Below, in pieces: positions 20,493 through 30,778 of a DNA stretch of 64,000 nucleotides. The notes beneath the pieces were generated by a model. It was not told the DNA's origin. It made no database searches and worked only from the letters and a program-made list of their open reading frames with translations. The DNA comes from Spirochaetota bacterium (GTDB taxonomy: Bacteria; Spirochaetota; GWB1-36-13; JAKPDD01): assembly GCA_029552945.1 (NCBI GenBank), contig JAKPDD010000032.1, positions 142,377 through 206,376 of the forward strand, in the 5' to 3' direction. The position numbers and the translations under genes are program-made. The first letter of the stretch is position 1, and each line of letters starts with the position of its first letter.

Positions 20493-21722
20493 TCAAAAAT
20501 TCTTATAAACTTCTATCTCCCCATCAAGGAAATCTGAAAAAACTACCATATTATTATAAACATCTAACCCTGTAGGTTGATTTTTACCCCATACCCAATC
20601 CACAACTTCAAGTGTAGAGGATTTTAACACAAAAACTTTACCAAACTCAGGACCCTTAAGAAGATACCCTTTTTTACCGTTACGCCCCCTTGAAGAAACA
20701 TATAAAAAATTCCCATCCTCTGATAAAACTATTGTATTAAGCTTGGGGGCAATATAATTTTCTTTTAGAACTTTATCATTATCAAATGATATTTTAAAAA
20801 CTTTTCCAGATCCCATTGAAGATGCATAAAAGACTCTGTTCTTATAATCAGGGACAAGGTGTCTCATAGAATTATCACACTTAATACTATAAACAATCTT
20901 ACCACTATCTATATCAATTTTATTAATTTGTTTTTTATCAAAAATAGCAACATAGATATATCTTTCATCAGGGGAAAGCACCATCCCACGTGGTATGCCA
21001 CCAGCTTTTATAGTTTTTAAAACAGTATAATTTTCTGTATCTAAAATTGTAATATCTTTACTTAACCAGTTAGATATAAACCCTTTTGTCTCATTCCTAT
21101 CAAACACTATAACTTTTGGATATTTACCAGGTGTTTTTATAGACTTTTTCATTTCAAAATTACTTAAGTCAACAACATGAATGTAACCTGTTGTCATTTG
21201 AGAAACCCAGAACTCATTCTTCTTTTTTAAAACAGCTGTTTCAACAAACCCTTTTTTACTGGAGAGGTTTAAAGGTATAATCCTCTTAATTACAGACATT
21301 TTTTGTGCATCTACTATATCAATACCATTATCATCAAGCAAAGGTATAAGAATAAACTTACCATCAGGAGTAAATCTTACAGACTTAGGTTGTTTCCCAG
21401 TTCTAATAATATTAATTAACTTTAAAGTACTATTCTTCTTTTCAAGCTTATCCTCAATAAAAATATCCTTGTTAATTTCTAAAGAAAACTCTTTTTCTAC
21501 ATAGTTATCACTAACTATCTTTATTTTATGATATCCATTATTCAGTTTTATGTATTTTATATTATCTTCACTGTCATACTTAATTATTTTAGCTTCATTA
21601 TTGTTTATAAAAACCTTATAGTCTTGAGGAAAAATTCTTAGTTTCAGCAATGCTTGAGTTGAAGAGTATAAGTAATAAGGAAAGATAAAAACAAATAGGA
21701 AAAACAATTTTATCAATTTCAT
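20493..21722 (-). CDS. secreted YVTN-type beta-propeller repeat protein
   Basis: N-terminal signal peptide and repeated units of the form P+xVxFSPDG+xLYV...IDxxxxK. Confidence 0.5.
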   Translation of the reverse strand: MKLIKLFFLFVFIFPYYLYSSTQALLKLRIFPQDYKVFINNNEAKIIKYDSEDNIKYIKLNNGYHKIKIVSDNYVEKEFSLEINKDIFIEDKLEKKNSTLKLINIIRTGKQPKSVRFTPDGKFILIPLLDDNGIDIVDAQKMSVIKRIIPLNLSSKKGFVETAVLKKKNEFWVSQMTTGYIHVVDLSNFEMKKSIKTPGKYPKVIVFDRNETKGFISNWLSKDITILDTENYTVLKTIKAGGIPRGMVLSPDERYIYVAIFDKKQINKIDIDSGKIVYSIKCDNSMRHLVPDYKNRVFYASSMGSGKVFKISFDNDKVLKENYIAPKLNTIVLSEDGNFLYVSSRGRNGKKGYLLKGPEFGKVFVLKSSTLEVVDWVWGKNQPTGLDVYNNMVVFSDFLDGEIEVYKNF

Positions 21723-21846
21723 AAAAACTCCAGTAAGAAAATTATAATTAAGAAAAAATTTAATAAATAAGCGTGTTTTACTTTAAAAAAAAATAAACTA
21801 TTCGATACTAAAAATAAAATGATAAAGAAACTAACGGAGAAACAAA

Positions 21847-23271
21847 ATGGAAGTTTTTTCTTTAAACATGGAAGTTGCAAAAAATGATTTTTTCCCATTT
21901 ATTCAAACAAAAAATACAGATATATCATCAACTGATGAAAAAAATAGTATGTTTAAAGACACTATTGAAAAAATAAAAAAAGAAGAGAATAGTAAAAAAG
22001 ATATAAAATCTAATAGTCAAGAATACAAAGAGATTATAAAGGAAGAAAAAGAGTATATTCAAAAAGAAGAACATAAAAACACAAGAAAAGAAACAAACAA
22101 TATAAATATAACAGGTTTAGGTCTTAAAGAAAAACAAAAAAAAATAGAAAACAATAAGACAAAAAACAATATTATAGATAAAAATAAGAAAAACAATTCT
22201 GGTTTTAATATACCTGGTTTAATAAATCTACTACAATTAATAAAAAGAGAGTTTGAATCAATTAACATTAGTAAAGAAATAAAAAACAATAATAATTTGA
22301 TAGAAACAGGCAAAAAAAATATACAGAATATAAAAAGTCTAATCCTAAAAATAGAAAAGAGTGATATAAATAACACAAAACTATTGAATAATGTTATAGA
22401 AAATATTAAAAAAGAGATATCTGAAATAAAAAATATTCTTGAAAAAATAGAAAACATCAAACTTGAGAGCAAAGAAGATAAAAACTTAAAAAACCTTAAA
22501 GAGATAATAAAAAAAATTCAAAATAATTTGGAAAACAATAATAATAAAAATGAGTTTAGTTTAAACCTTAAAACTATGATAAATAGAATTAATCAACCCG
22601 AAAAGATTGAAAACAAAATAAAAAAAGATGAAAACAATAAAATAGATTTGAAAATAGAAAAAAATGAGGATAAAAAAAATATAATAGTTAAAGATAAAAA
22701 AGTTGATAAAAAAATAAACGATAATAGACTGAATAAAGAAAACAAAGATAATGAAATACTTGAAAGAAATCCAAAAAACAATCTGGATAAAGAGAGCATA
22801 AAAAATGAAAAAATAAGAACTGAAGATAGGATAGAAACAAAAAATTACAAGGAAACTGTTGAAAAAATAATGAAGCAGATAGGAGAAAACTCAAGAGGTT
22901 TTATTACAAAAGACTCAGCTCATCTTACAATAAGTCTTAAACCAGAATCATTAGGAAAAATTAAAATAGTAATAAATATGAAAGATAATTTGATAAATGG
23001 GCGAATAATAGTCGAGAACGAGAACGTAAAAAATATACTTATGACAGAAATAGAAAAAGTTAAACAAACCCTTGCATCTTCAGGTATTAATCTTGACAAT
23101 CTTGATGTATATTCTCAAAACCAGGATTCTAATAGAGAAACATACCAGGAATATTTAATTCATAAAACAGCTGCAGAATTAAGAAAGTTTAATAACCAGA
23201 TAGAAAATTCCCACATATGGGATATTGATAAAAATTATTATCCAAACAGTAATATATATATAAAAGCATAG
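21847..23271 (+). CDS. fliK: flagellar hook-length control protein FliK, with an extremely K/N/E-rich low-complexity N-terminal region
   Basis: C-terminal Flg_hook-type domain (LTISLKPESLGKIKIVINMKDNLINGRIIVENENVKNILMTEIEKVKQTLASSGINL). Sits immediately upstream of flgD-flgE. GGAG RBS. Confidence 0.65.
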   Translation: MEVFSLNMEVAKNDFFPFIQTKNTDISSTDEKNSMFKDTIEKIKKEENSKKDIKSNSQEYKEIIKEEKEYIQKEEHKNTRKETNNINITGLGLKEKQKKIENNKTKNNIIDKNKKNNSGFNIPGLINLLQLIKREFESINISKEIKNNNNLIETGKKNIQNIKSLILKIEKSDINNTKLLNNVIENIKKEISEIKNILEKIENIKLESKEDKNLKNLKEIIKKIQNNLENNNNKNEFSLNLKTMINRINQPEKIENKIKKDENNKIDLKIEKNEDKKNIIVKDKKVDKKINDNRLNKENKDNEILERNPKNNLDKESIKNEKIRTEDRIETKNYKETVEKIMKQIGENSRGFITKDSAHLTISLKPESLGKIKIVINMKDNLINGRIIVENENVKNILMTEIEKVKQTLASSGINLDNLDVYSQNQDSNRETYQEYLIHKTAAELRKFNNQIENSHIWDIDKNYYPNSNIYIKA

Positions 23272-23279
23272 GAGGTTTT

Positions 23280-23717
23280 ATGGAAATAAATATTAACCAG
23301 GATCAAAGAGAACTTTTCGAAACACAGATGAAAGTTGATTATTTAAACAAACAGATATTAAAGGGGCAGCCAAGCAATAAAGAAATTCAAAAAGATGCCT
23401 TTTTAAGACTCTTAGTAGCAGAATTAAAACACCAAAACCCTCTTGATCCTATGAAAGACAGAGACTTTATAGCACAGATGGCACAATTAACAAACCTTGA
23501 AAAAATGGAAAAAGTAAGTCAAAACATAGAGAAATTAGTATCCACATACAATAATACATCAGTATATAATATGCTAGGTAAAAAAATCACATATATAAAC
23601 GATGCTGGTAAAATTGAATCCTCTGCTGTTGAAGCTGTTGAGTTTGAAAATGGTGATGCTTATATTGTAGTTAACAAAAATAGGATCAATCCGAAAAATA
23701 TAATGAGAGTTGAATAG
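23280..23717 (+). CDS. flgD: flagellar hook assembly/capping protein FlgD
   Basis: AFLRLLVAELKHQNPLDPM FlgD N-terminal motif. Confidence 0.8.
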   Translation: MEININQDQRELFETQMKVDYLNKQILKGQPSNKEIQKDAFLRLLVAELKHQNPLDPMKDRDFIAQMAQLTNLEKMEKVSQNIEKLVSTYNNTSVYNMLGKKITYINDAGKIESSAVEAVEFENGDAYIVVNKNRINPKNIMRVE

Positions 23718-23758
23718 AAAATAAGGATTTTTAAAAATAAAATTAAAAGGAGTTTTAA

Positions 23759-25162
23759 ATGGTAAGATCACTTTACTCTGGAGTATCGGGTTTAATAAAC
23801 CATCAGGTTAGCATGGATGTTATAGGTAATAATATATCTAATGTAAATACAATAGGATATAAAAAAGACAGAGTTGTATTTAAAGATATTATCTCACAAA
23901 TGATGAGTGGGGCATCAAGACCAACTGAAGAGAGAGGTGGGGTAAACCCAAAGCAGGTAGGTCTTGGTATGACTATTGCAGCAATTGATAAGATAATGAC
24001 ACAAGGTGCCATACAAACAACAGGTAAAAATACAGATGTTGCTATAATGGGTGAAGGATTTTTTATACAGAGGAATGGAGATAAAATATTTTATACAAGA
24101 GCTGGAAACTTTGGTATAGATAAAGACAAATACCTTGTTAATCCTTCCAACGGTTTTAAATTACAGGGTTGGAACTCAAGAGAACTACCTGATGGAACAA
24201 TGTTAATAAACACCTCAGAACAACCAGAAGATATAATAATACCTGTAGGTGATAAAATGCCTGCAAAAGCAACAACATATGTCAAATACAAATCTAATCT
24301 TAACTCAAACACTCCAATACCTATAGATCCAAATAATCCTACAGACATTGAAAGATCAAATGGAACAGTACATACTACAGCAATAAAAGTATACGATACA
24401 AAAGGTAATACACATAATCTTATTCTTGAGTTTAATAAAGTGTCTGAAAATAGATGGAGAGTTGTTGCAAAAGTCCCTGATGCTATTGAAGGGAGTGTAA
24501 GAGTTGATGTTACAAATCCAACTCCTGATGGAGATAACACGTTTTTTATAAACTTTGATAACAGGGGCTCGATAATATCAGTAGAAGATGGTTCTGGAAC
24601 AAACAGAGATATACTAAACGAAGGACAATTAAACATAAATGTTATTTTTAATGTGGACGATGGAACTTTAGATGCACAAGGAAATCCTATAGGACAACAA
24701 CAAACAGTAAGACTTGACCTTGGGACTGCTGGTGCTTTTGATGGGATAACACAGTTTGCAAGTCAAACAACAACAAAGGCAGTGGACCAGGATGGATATA
24801 CAATGGGATATCTAGAATCATTCCAGATAAATGATAAAGGAGTAATAATTGGTACATATTCAAACGGTGTAAGACGAGAACTTGCTCAACTTGCACTAGC
24901 CACATTTGTTAATGCAGAAGGTCTTGAGAAATCAGGAGAAACAAACTTTATAGAAACTGTAAACTCTGGAATGCCTAACATAGGCCCTGCTGGTGTTGCT
25001 GGAAAAGGTTTCATAGTAGCAGGTGCTCTTGAAATGAGTAATGTTGATCTTTCAAGAGAGTTTACAGATATGATAGTTATACAAAGAGGATTTCAAGCAA
25101 ATTCAAGGACAATAACTACAACTGATACTATGCTTGAAGAAGTTTTAAGATTAAAAAGATAA
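23759..25162 (+). CDS. flgE: flagellar hook protein FlgE
   Basis: N-terminus [35 protein letters not shown] and C-terminus [26 protein letters not shown], the conserved rod/hook termini. Confidence 0.9.
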   Translation: MVRSLYSGVSGLINHQVSMDVIGNNISNVNTIGYKKDRVVFKDIISQMMSGASRPTEERGGVNPKQVGLGMTIAAIDKIMTQGAIQTTGKNTDVAIMGEGFFIQRNGDKIFYTRAGNFGIDKDKYLVNPSNGFKLQGWNSRELPDGTMLINTSEQPEDIIIPVGDKMPAKATTYVKYKSNLNSNTPIPIDPNNPTDIERSNGTVHTTAIKVYDTKGNTHNLILEFNKVSENRWRVVAKVPDAIEGSVRVDVTNPTPDGDNTFFINFDNRGSIISVEDGSGTNRDILNEGQLNINVIFNVDDGTLDAQGNPIGQQQTVRLDLGTAGAFDGITQFASQTTTKAVDQDGYTMGYLESFQINDKGVIIGTYSNGVRRELAQLALATFVNAEGLEKSGETNFIETVNSGMPNIGPAGVAGKGFIVAGALEMSNVDLSREFTDMIVIQRGFQANSRTITTTDTMLEEVLRLKR

Positions 25163-25236
25163 AATTTTAATTTAGAATTTTAATTTTTTATAAATTTTTT
25201 ATTATATAAAATTTTAAGGATTAAAATAAGAACCTT

Positions 25237-25434
25237 ATGATAGAAGCAACAAAACTAAATGGGAAAACAATTTATATAAACCCTCATCTTATAGAAAGTA
25301 TAGAAGAGGAAGCTGATACAAGGATAAACTTTATAACCGGTAAAATGATAATAGTTAAAGAAAACACACAAGAATTAATAGATAGAATTATTAAATATAG
25401 GAGAAAATTAGGAATAAACTCACAGGAAGATTAA
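25237..25434 (+). CDS. flbD: flagellar protein FlbD
   Basis: 65 aa, MIEATKLNGKTIYINPHLIESIEE; sits between flgE and motA as in spirochete/Firmicutes/Thermotogae-type operons. Confidence 0.8.
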   Translation: MIEATKLNGKTIYINPHLIESIEEEADTRINFITGKMIIVKENTQELIDRIIKYRRKLGINSQED

Positions 25435-25455
25435 TACTATAAATAAGGAGCAATT

Positions 25456-26229
25456 ATGGAGATAACTACACTAGGTGGTATAATAATGGGTTTTGTATTA
25501 ATAGTAATGGGTATAGTAGCACCAGGTGGTGATTTATTACTTTACTGGGACGTAGCATCAGTATTTATAACATTAGGTGGAGCTTTATCAGGTACAATAG
25601 TTGCTTTCCCATTAGATACTTTAAAAAATATAGGCAAGTATTTCAGTATAAGTCTTAAAAAAATGGAGATAAATTATGAAGACACTATACATACTCTCTC
25701 AAGCTTTGCAGAAATGTCAAGAAAAGAAGGGATATTATCACTTGAAGATAAACTTGTTGAAATAAACGACCCTTTCTTAAAAAAAGGATTACAAATGGCA
25801 ATAGATGGCACTGAAGAAGATACCCTAAGAGCAACTCTTGATAAAGATATGGAAAAACTTGAAGAGAGACACGCCTTAGGAAAAGATGTATTTGATGTAT
25901 TAGGGTATCTGGCACCATCTTTTGGTATGATTGGAACTCTTATAGGTCTTATCATGATGCTTGCAAACCTTGAAGATAAGTCTGCAATAGGTAGTGGTAT
26001 GGCTACAGCATTAATTACAACTCTTTATGGAGCTATAGTAGCTAACCTTATCTGTATTCCTATAAACAAAAAACTTGAAATCTATCATAAGAGAGAAATG
26101 TTATTAAGAGAAATGATGGTTGAAGGGATCTTAACAATATTAAGAGGTGAAAACACAAGAACACTTAAAGACAAACTTATATCTTTCCTGCCAACAGAAA
26201 TGCGTTCGAAATTTATAGCAGAAGATTAG
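25456..26229 (+). CDS. motA: flagellar motor stator protein MotA
   Basis: MotA/TolQ/ExbB channel with a conserved C-terminal TM pair (GMIGTLIGLIMMLANL...ALITTLYGAIVANL). Confidence 0.85.
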   Translation: MEITTLGGIIMGFVLIVMGIVAPGGDLLLYWDVASVFITLGGALSGTIVAFPLDTLKNIGKYFSISLKKMEINYEDTIHTLSSFAEMSRKEGILSLEDKLVEINDPFLKKGLQMAIDGTEEDTLRATLDKDMEKLEERHALGKDVFDVLGYLAPSFGMIGTLIGLIMMLANLEDKSAIGSGMATALITTLYGAIVANLICIPINKKLEIYHKREMLLREMMVEGILTILRGENTRTLKDKLISFLPTEMRSKFIAED

Positions 26230-26242
26230 GGAAGGATCTGAC

Positions 26243-27010
26243 ATGGCAAAAAAATGTCCTGAACCTAAAAAAGGATCTCCAGCATGGATGACAACTTTTG
26301 GTGACATGAACTCTTTATTATTAACTTTCTTCGTATTGATGTTTAATATTTCAGAGATAAATGAGATACAGTTAAATCTTGTATTATCAGCATTCAAGGG
26401 AAGTTTCAGCGTTTATCAAGGGGGAACAACACTATCAAAGGGCTTATTAATAGATATGGGAATGAATGTAATGAGTCTTCCTTCAAAACAGAGCGGATCA
26501 AAACTGGATAAAGCACTAAAACTTGCTCAATCTATATTGGAAGCAGAAGTAAAAGCAAAAAAGGTCCAGATAAAAGAAGATGAGCGTGGCATAGTAATTT
26601 CTCTGGTAGGTGATGCATATTTTGAACCTGGTGATGCAACACTCTTACCAGAAACCAAAGCATTACTTGACAAAGTATCAAAAGTAATAATGGATATTAA
26701 AGAGTATCTGGGTACTGACAATAAAATAGAGGTTGAAGGTTTCGCAGACTCAGGACAAATAAGTACAGATAGGCCTTACTACACAAAATATCCAACAAAC
26801 CTTGACCTGGCTGCTGCAAGAGCAAATAATGTAATAAAATATTTTTGGGGAAGTGGGGTCCCACCAACAAGAATATATAAGGGCAAAGTTTACGCTAAGT
26901 TTAAGTCAATATCTTATGGAGAATTCCAACCAGTTGAACCAAATATATCTCCTGAAGCAAGAGCTTATAACAGAAGAGTTGATATAGTTATAGTAAGGGA
27001 AGAAGAGTAA
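26243..27010 (+). CDS. motB: flagellar motor stator protein MotB
   Basis: N-terminal TM helix with the conserved Asp (TTFGDMNSLLLTFFVLM) and a C-terminal OmpA-like peptidoglycan-binding domain. Confidence 0.85.
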   Translation: MAKKCPEPKKGSPAWMTTFGDMNSLLLTFFVLMFNISEINEIQLNLVLSAFKGSFSVYQGGTTLSKGLLIDMGMNVMSLPSKQSGSKLDKALKLAQSILEAEVKAKKVQIKEDERGIVISLVGDAYFEPGDATLLPETKALLDKVSKVIMDIKEYLGTDNKIEVEGFADSGQISTDRPYYTKYPTNLDLAAARANNVIKYFWGSGVPPTRIYKGKVYAKFKSISYGEFQPVEPNISPEARAYNRRVDIVIVREEE

Positions 27011-27012
27011 AA

Positions 27013-27749
27013 ATGTTTAACATATATCAAAAATTAAGATTAAAAAATTTATTTGAAAACCAAATTAATATTAATATCCCAATAGAATTAGGATTTGAAG
27101 CCCAAGATATTGAAACAATAGATAGAGGTCTTGATCTTTATTACCTTAAGTCAAAATTATCAGATATAGAGGTCGGGATAATACATTCGCCATTCGATAA
27201 TCTTAACATAGTAACTGAAAATAGTAGAATAAGAGAGTATTCTCTTAAGATTATAGCAAGTGCTATAGAAATAAAAAAAATAATTGATGCTAAAAAAATA
27301 ATATTTCATACAGGAATCAAAAATAGTACCCTTATAACAGAAAAAGAGTACAAAAACCTTTTAGAATCAATTAGAATTATAATCAGTATAGCAGAAAAAA
27401 CTCTATTATACCACTCCTGGAAAATACTTATGAAAAAACAGATTTTTTTGAGAAAATAATTAAAGATACAGAAATAAGTTTCTGTTTAGATATTGGTCAC
27501 ATAAACTGTTTTTCAAAAGAAAGTATTGATAAATGGCTTTCAATTATGGCTAAAAGAATTGAGCATGTCCACCTCCACGATAATGATGGTTCAGGGGATC
27601 AGCATGCCCAACTCGGAAGTGGTAATATTCAGTTTGATAAAATACTAAATTTTGTAATAAATAACAATATTGATATAACTTTAGAAACAGACTTTAATGA
27701 TTATGAAATCAATAAAAATTTTATTGGTAAATTTATCAAAAATAAATAA
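27013..27749 (+). pseudogene. sugar phosphate isomerase/epimerase (xylose-isomerase-like TIM barrel) gene disrupted by a -1 frameshift in an A6 tract at 27395-27400
   Basis: Frame 1 reads ...IRIIISIAEKT and stops at 27459. Frame 0 from 27375 reads NSIIPLLENTYEKTDFFEKIIKDTEISFCLDIGH...HVHLHDNDGSGDQHAQLGSGNIQF, the family motifs. Inserting one A in the A6 run restores a single ORF (...IAEKNSIIPLLEN...). Confidence 0.6.
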
Positions 27750-27773
27750 AAGTCTTTTAAAAAATAAATTTAA

Positions 27774-28400
27774 TTAAAGCCTCTTATTTTTCTTTAAAAT
27801 TAATGTATACCAAACAGGTTCAAACCATTTCCCTTCAAGATAAAAAAGTGGCCAGCAGGAATATATCTTCTCAATCTTAAAATCTTTTATTTTACTTATA
27901 ATTTTCTCCAATTTATCAATAGAAACAAACTTCTCTTTTGGCCATTGTTCCATAGCACCAATAGAAACCATAAACTCTAAAAAAACATCATTAAAAAAAT
28001 TATGAACAAACTCATCTATAAATATATATCCATCATCTTTAAGACATAATGAAGCTTTTTCTAAAAAACATTTAATATTTTTTATATATCTTACCACAGC
28101 CCCCATTATTATCATATCATATTTTTTATCTTTAATCACATTAATAAAATCATCATTTACATCCATACATATATCAGCAGGTGCAAACTTATCAAGCGTT
28201 GTAACCTTAGCACCCTTTTCTCTTAGAAGATCAGACAAAAACTGAGGACCACTACCTATATCCAATATCTCTTTACCTTCTAAAGAAAAGTTATTTTTTA
28301 TAATATCTATTCTATACTCAGAAACCCATTTTAGATGTCTTAGTTTATTTTTCCATAAATTTAAGTCTCTATCCCACTTTGTATATAAAATCTTTACCAA
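27774..28400 (-). CDS. class I SAM-dependent methyltransferase
   Basis: Motif I ILDIGSGPQFLSDLL and an acidic loop after beta-2 (VTTLD). Confidence 0.65.
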   Translation of the reverse strand: MVKILYTKWDRDLNLWKNKLRHLKWVSEYRIDIIKNNFSLEGKEILDIGSGPQFLSDLLREKGAKVTTLDKFAPADICMDVNDDFINVIKDKKYDMIIMGAVVRYIKNIKCFLEKASLCLKDDGYIFIDEFVHNFFNDVFLEFMVSIGAMEQWPKEKFVSIDKLEKIISKIKDFKIEKIYSCWPLFYLEGKWFEPVWYTLILKKNKRL

Positions 28401-29302
28401 TGAGAAAACTCCTTTTTCTCTATTTCTTCTATATTACTATATATAATAATTTCTTGATCTTTTTTCAAGTATAATCCAGGTTTACCATCTTCAATATAAC
28501 CTATTTGTTTTATAAAATCTTCTTTAATAATCTGGTTGGAAGAAAAACATATTTCATAATCCTCACCCCAGAAAAGAGAACTAAACTTTTCTTCATCTGA
28601 AAGTCCATCAAAAAAAGGTATTAAATCATACTCAATAAAAACAGCCTTTTTTGACTCTAAGGCGAGTTTAACAAGATCTTTTATTAAACCATCACTTATA
28701 TCTATCCCAGCACTTACAGTATACTTATCCTTTATAAATTCTACCTCTTTAATCCTAATTGGTGGGTACAAATGAGAAATAACATACCTATTGTTAAGAT
28801 CAAGATAATTATTTTTTATCTCTTTAAAACCCTTATAAGAACCACCAATAGACCCAGTTAAATAAAGAATATCTTTATCTCCTGCATTTTTCCTCAACCA
28901 TGGACTTTTAGTATATCCTATACATGTAACAGATATAAAGAAAACTGGCGAATAAACAAGGTCCCCACCTATTATCTTTAAATTATATTTGTTACATATA
29001 TGATAATAATTTTCAAAAAGAGAAATTATCTTTTCCTCATAATTCTTTGGATATCCTATACCCAGTAAAAAATAAGCTGGTTCTCCTCCATCTGAAAGTA
29101 TATCACTTATATTTACAGCAAGGGATTTATATGCTATTGAGTCAATAGGATAATAACTTTCAAAATGAGTTCCTTCAACAAGTACATCTTTAGTAATTAC
29201 AATATCGTTTTCCGATAAAAAAGCAGAATCATTTCCATAAATAGTTTCCCACTCATTAAAAAACTTCGACTTTATTAATTTTATAATGCTAGACTCAGAC
29301 AT
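28394..29302 (-). CDS. thiL: thiamine-monophosphate kinase
   Basis: PurM-superfamily blocks shared with ThiL: LVEGTHF, YKSLAVNISDI, IIGGDL, GEDYEICF and DISDGLIKDL. Confidence 0.7.
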   Translation of the reverse strand: MSESSIIKLIKSKFFNEWETIYGNDSAFLSENDIVITKDVLVEGTHFESYYPIDSIAYKSLAVNISDILSDGGEPAYFLLGIGYPKNYEEKIISLFENYYHICNKYNLKIIGGDLVYSPVFFISVTCIGYTKSPWLRKNAGDKDILYLTGSIGGSYKGFKEIKNNYLDLNNRYVISHLYPPIRIKEVEFIKDKYTVSAGIDISDGLIKDLVKLALESKKAVFIEYDLIPFFDGLSDEEKFSSLFWGEDYEICFSSNQIIKEDFIKQIGYIEDGKPGLYLKKDQEIIIYSNIEEIEKKEFSHW

Positions 29303-29717
29303 TATCTCTTATATACCTCTCAATTATTATAGCAGCAGAATATGTATCCTTTTTTTTATTAACATCTAAACTTGCCTGGTTAAGCCTAAAAATAGCCTCT
29401 TTTGTTGTACCATTTTCATTCACAGTAATTAAAGTAATACCCTTTGGGATGGATGAACTTAATCCTTTAATAAAGTCATCTATATTCTTGCCTATTTTTG
29501 TATCCATTCCACCAAGCCCTAATGGTCTGCCAATAACTATTTTATTTACACCCTCTTTTTTTACAAGTTCAATTATTTTTTTTATTACATCTCCACTATT
29601 TTTAAAATTACCCAGGCATTCTATAGAAAGAGTTTTCCCCCTTTTTATAGCAATTCCTATCTTTTTTAAACCAAAGTCAAGACCTAATATAGATTCATTA
29701 ATTATATTTTCAATCAT
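29295..29717 (-). CDS. ruvX: Holliday junction resolvase-like RNase RuvX/YqgF
   Basis: 140 aa with the ILGLDFGLKKIGIAI N-terminal catalytic motif. Confidence 0.7.
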   Translation of the reverse strand: MIENIINESILGLDFGLKKIGIAIKRGKTLSIECLGNFKNSGDVIKKIIELVKKEGVNKIVIGRPLGLGGMDTKIGKNIDDFIKGLSSSIPKGITLITVNENGTTKEAIFRLNQASLDVNKKKDTYSAAIIIERYIRDNV

Positions 29718-29843
29718 TCAACCTGACTTAAAAAATTTTTCTTCTAAATTTTTAATATAAGTGTAAATTTTAATTATACTTTAAATAAAATAATAAGATA
29801 ATTAAATATACAAAAATAATTTTAATAAAAACAGGGCTTACTG

Positions 29844-30404
29844 TTGGGGTATTTAATAAAAAAAACAGAAGAAGTAGCAATATTTTGTGCTTTTACTTTT
29901 AAAAACTTAGAATTTTATCATAAAGTTTTACAAAAAATAATAAAAAATTATGGTAATGTTGTTCTTGAATCTGAATTATACAATTTTTCAGAAGTAACAA
30001 AATATTATGATAAAGAGATGGGGAGCCCTCTTTACAAAAAAATAGTTGGTTTCGAGAGAACAATGCAGTTACAGGGATTACATAAGATAAAAATAGAGAC
30101 TAATGAATTAGAACAAGAATTCAGTCAAAAAAGCATGAGAACAGTAAATATTGACCCTGGTTATATTACTGAAGCAAAAGTAGTTTTATTCTCAACAAAA
30201 GATTTTTTTCATAGAATATATTTAGGGGATAACATATTTGGTGAAATTACACTTTACTATAAGTCAAAAGAAGGGTATAAAACATTCCCATGGACTTTCC
30301 CAGATTATAAAAAAGATGAAGTATTAATTTTTTTTAACGAATTTAGAAATTGGTATAGAAAAATATTAGGGAGAAATAGAAAAAAAAGTTTATTTTTAAT
30401 CTAA
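29844..30404 (+). CDS. conserved hypothetical protein
   Basis: 186-aa ORF with a codon-usage-like composition. The TTG start given by the ORF track is uncertain, and no motif was recognised. Confidence 0.4.
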   Translation: MGYLIKKTEEVAIFCAFTFKNLEFYHKVLQKIIKNYGNVVLESELYNFSEVTKYYDKEMGSPLYKKIVGFERTMQLQGLHKIKIETNELEQEFSQKSMRTVNIDPGYITEAKVVLFSTKDFFHRIYLGDNIFGEITLYYKSKEGYKTFPWTFPDYKKDEVLIFFNEFRNWYRKILGRNRKKSLFLI

Positions 30405-30424
30405 AATATTAAAAGGAGTTATTA

Positions 30425-30778
30425 ATGACTTTACCAAAAGAAGCTAATACAAGGATCGGAGTAGACTCTAGTTTCGAAGGTGTATTCAAAGCCAAAGGGA
30501 TATTATTAATAGAAGGTAGTTTTAAAGGAGATCTTATATATGCAGATCAGATATACATTGCTAATACTGCAATGATAGAATCAAACATAAGAGGTGGAGC
30601 AATATTTATAGAGGGTTCTGTTAAAGGAAATATATTTTCCAGTGGTAGAGTCGTTTTACTACCAGGGGCTAAAATATTTGGTGATATAACTACACCTGAA
30701 CTTATTACGCAAAAAGGAGTAATACTAAAAGGAATATGTAATATAACACAAGAAGGAACAGTAAACGAAAATGAATAA
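30425..30778 (+). CDS. bactofilin (polymer-forming cytoskeletal protein)
   Basis: Repeated G-x-I/V beta-helix pattern (IEGSFKGDLIYADQIYIANTAMIESNIRGGAIFIEGSVKGNIF...) typical of the bactofilin/DUF583 domain. Confidence 0.7.
   Translation: MTLPKEANTRIGVDSSFEGVFKAKGILLIEGSFKGDLIYADQIYIANTAMIESNIRGGAIFIEGSVKGNIFSSGRVVLLPGAKIFGDITTPELITQKGVILKGICNITQEGTVNENE

Noticed and set aside
21781-21810. Possible sigma-28-type promoter (TAAA ... TCGATA) upstream of fliK
   Set aside because: The core CGATA is present, but the spacer to the TAAA element is about 12 nt instead of about 15, and the -10 extension does not match GCCGATAA. Too weak to call.
22059-22894. Several 68-137 aa minus-strand ORFs rich in F/L/S opposite fliK
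   Set aside because: These are antisense artefacts of the A-rich K/N/E-coding fliK sequence, with no RBS or motifs.
24091-24905. 181-aa and 72-aa minus-strand ORFs inside flgE
   Set aside because: They lie antisense to the strongly conserved flgE and have no independent support.
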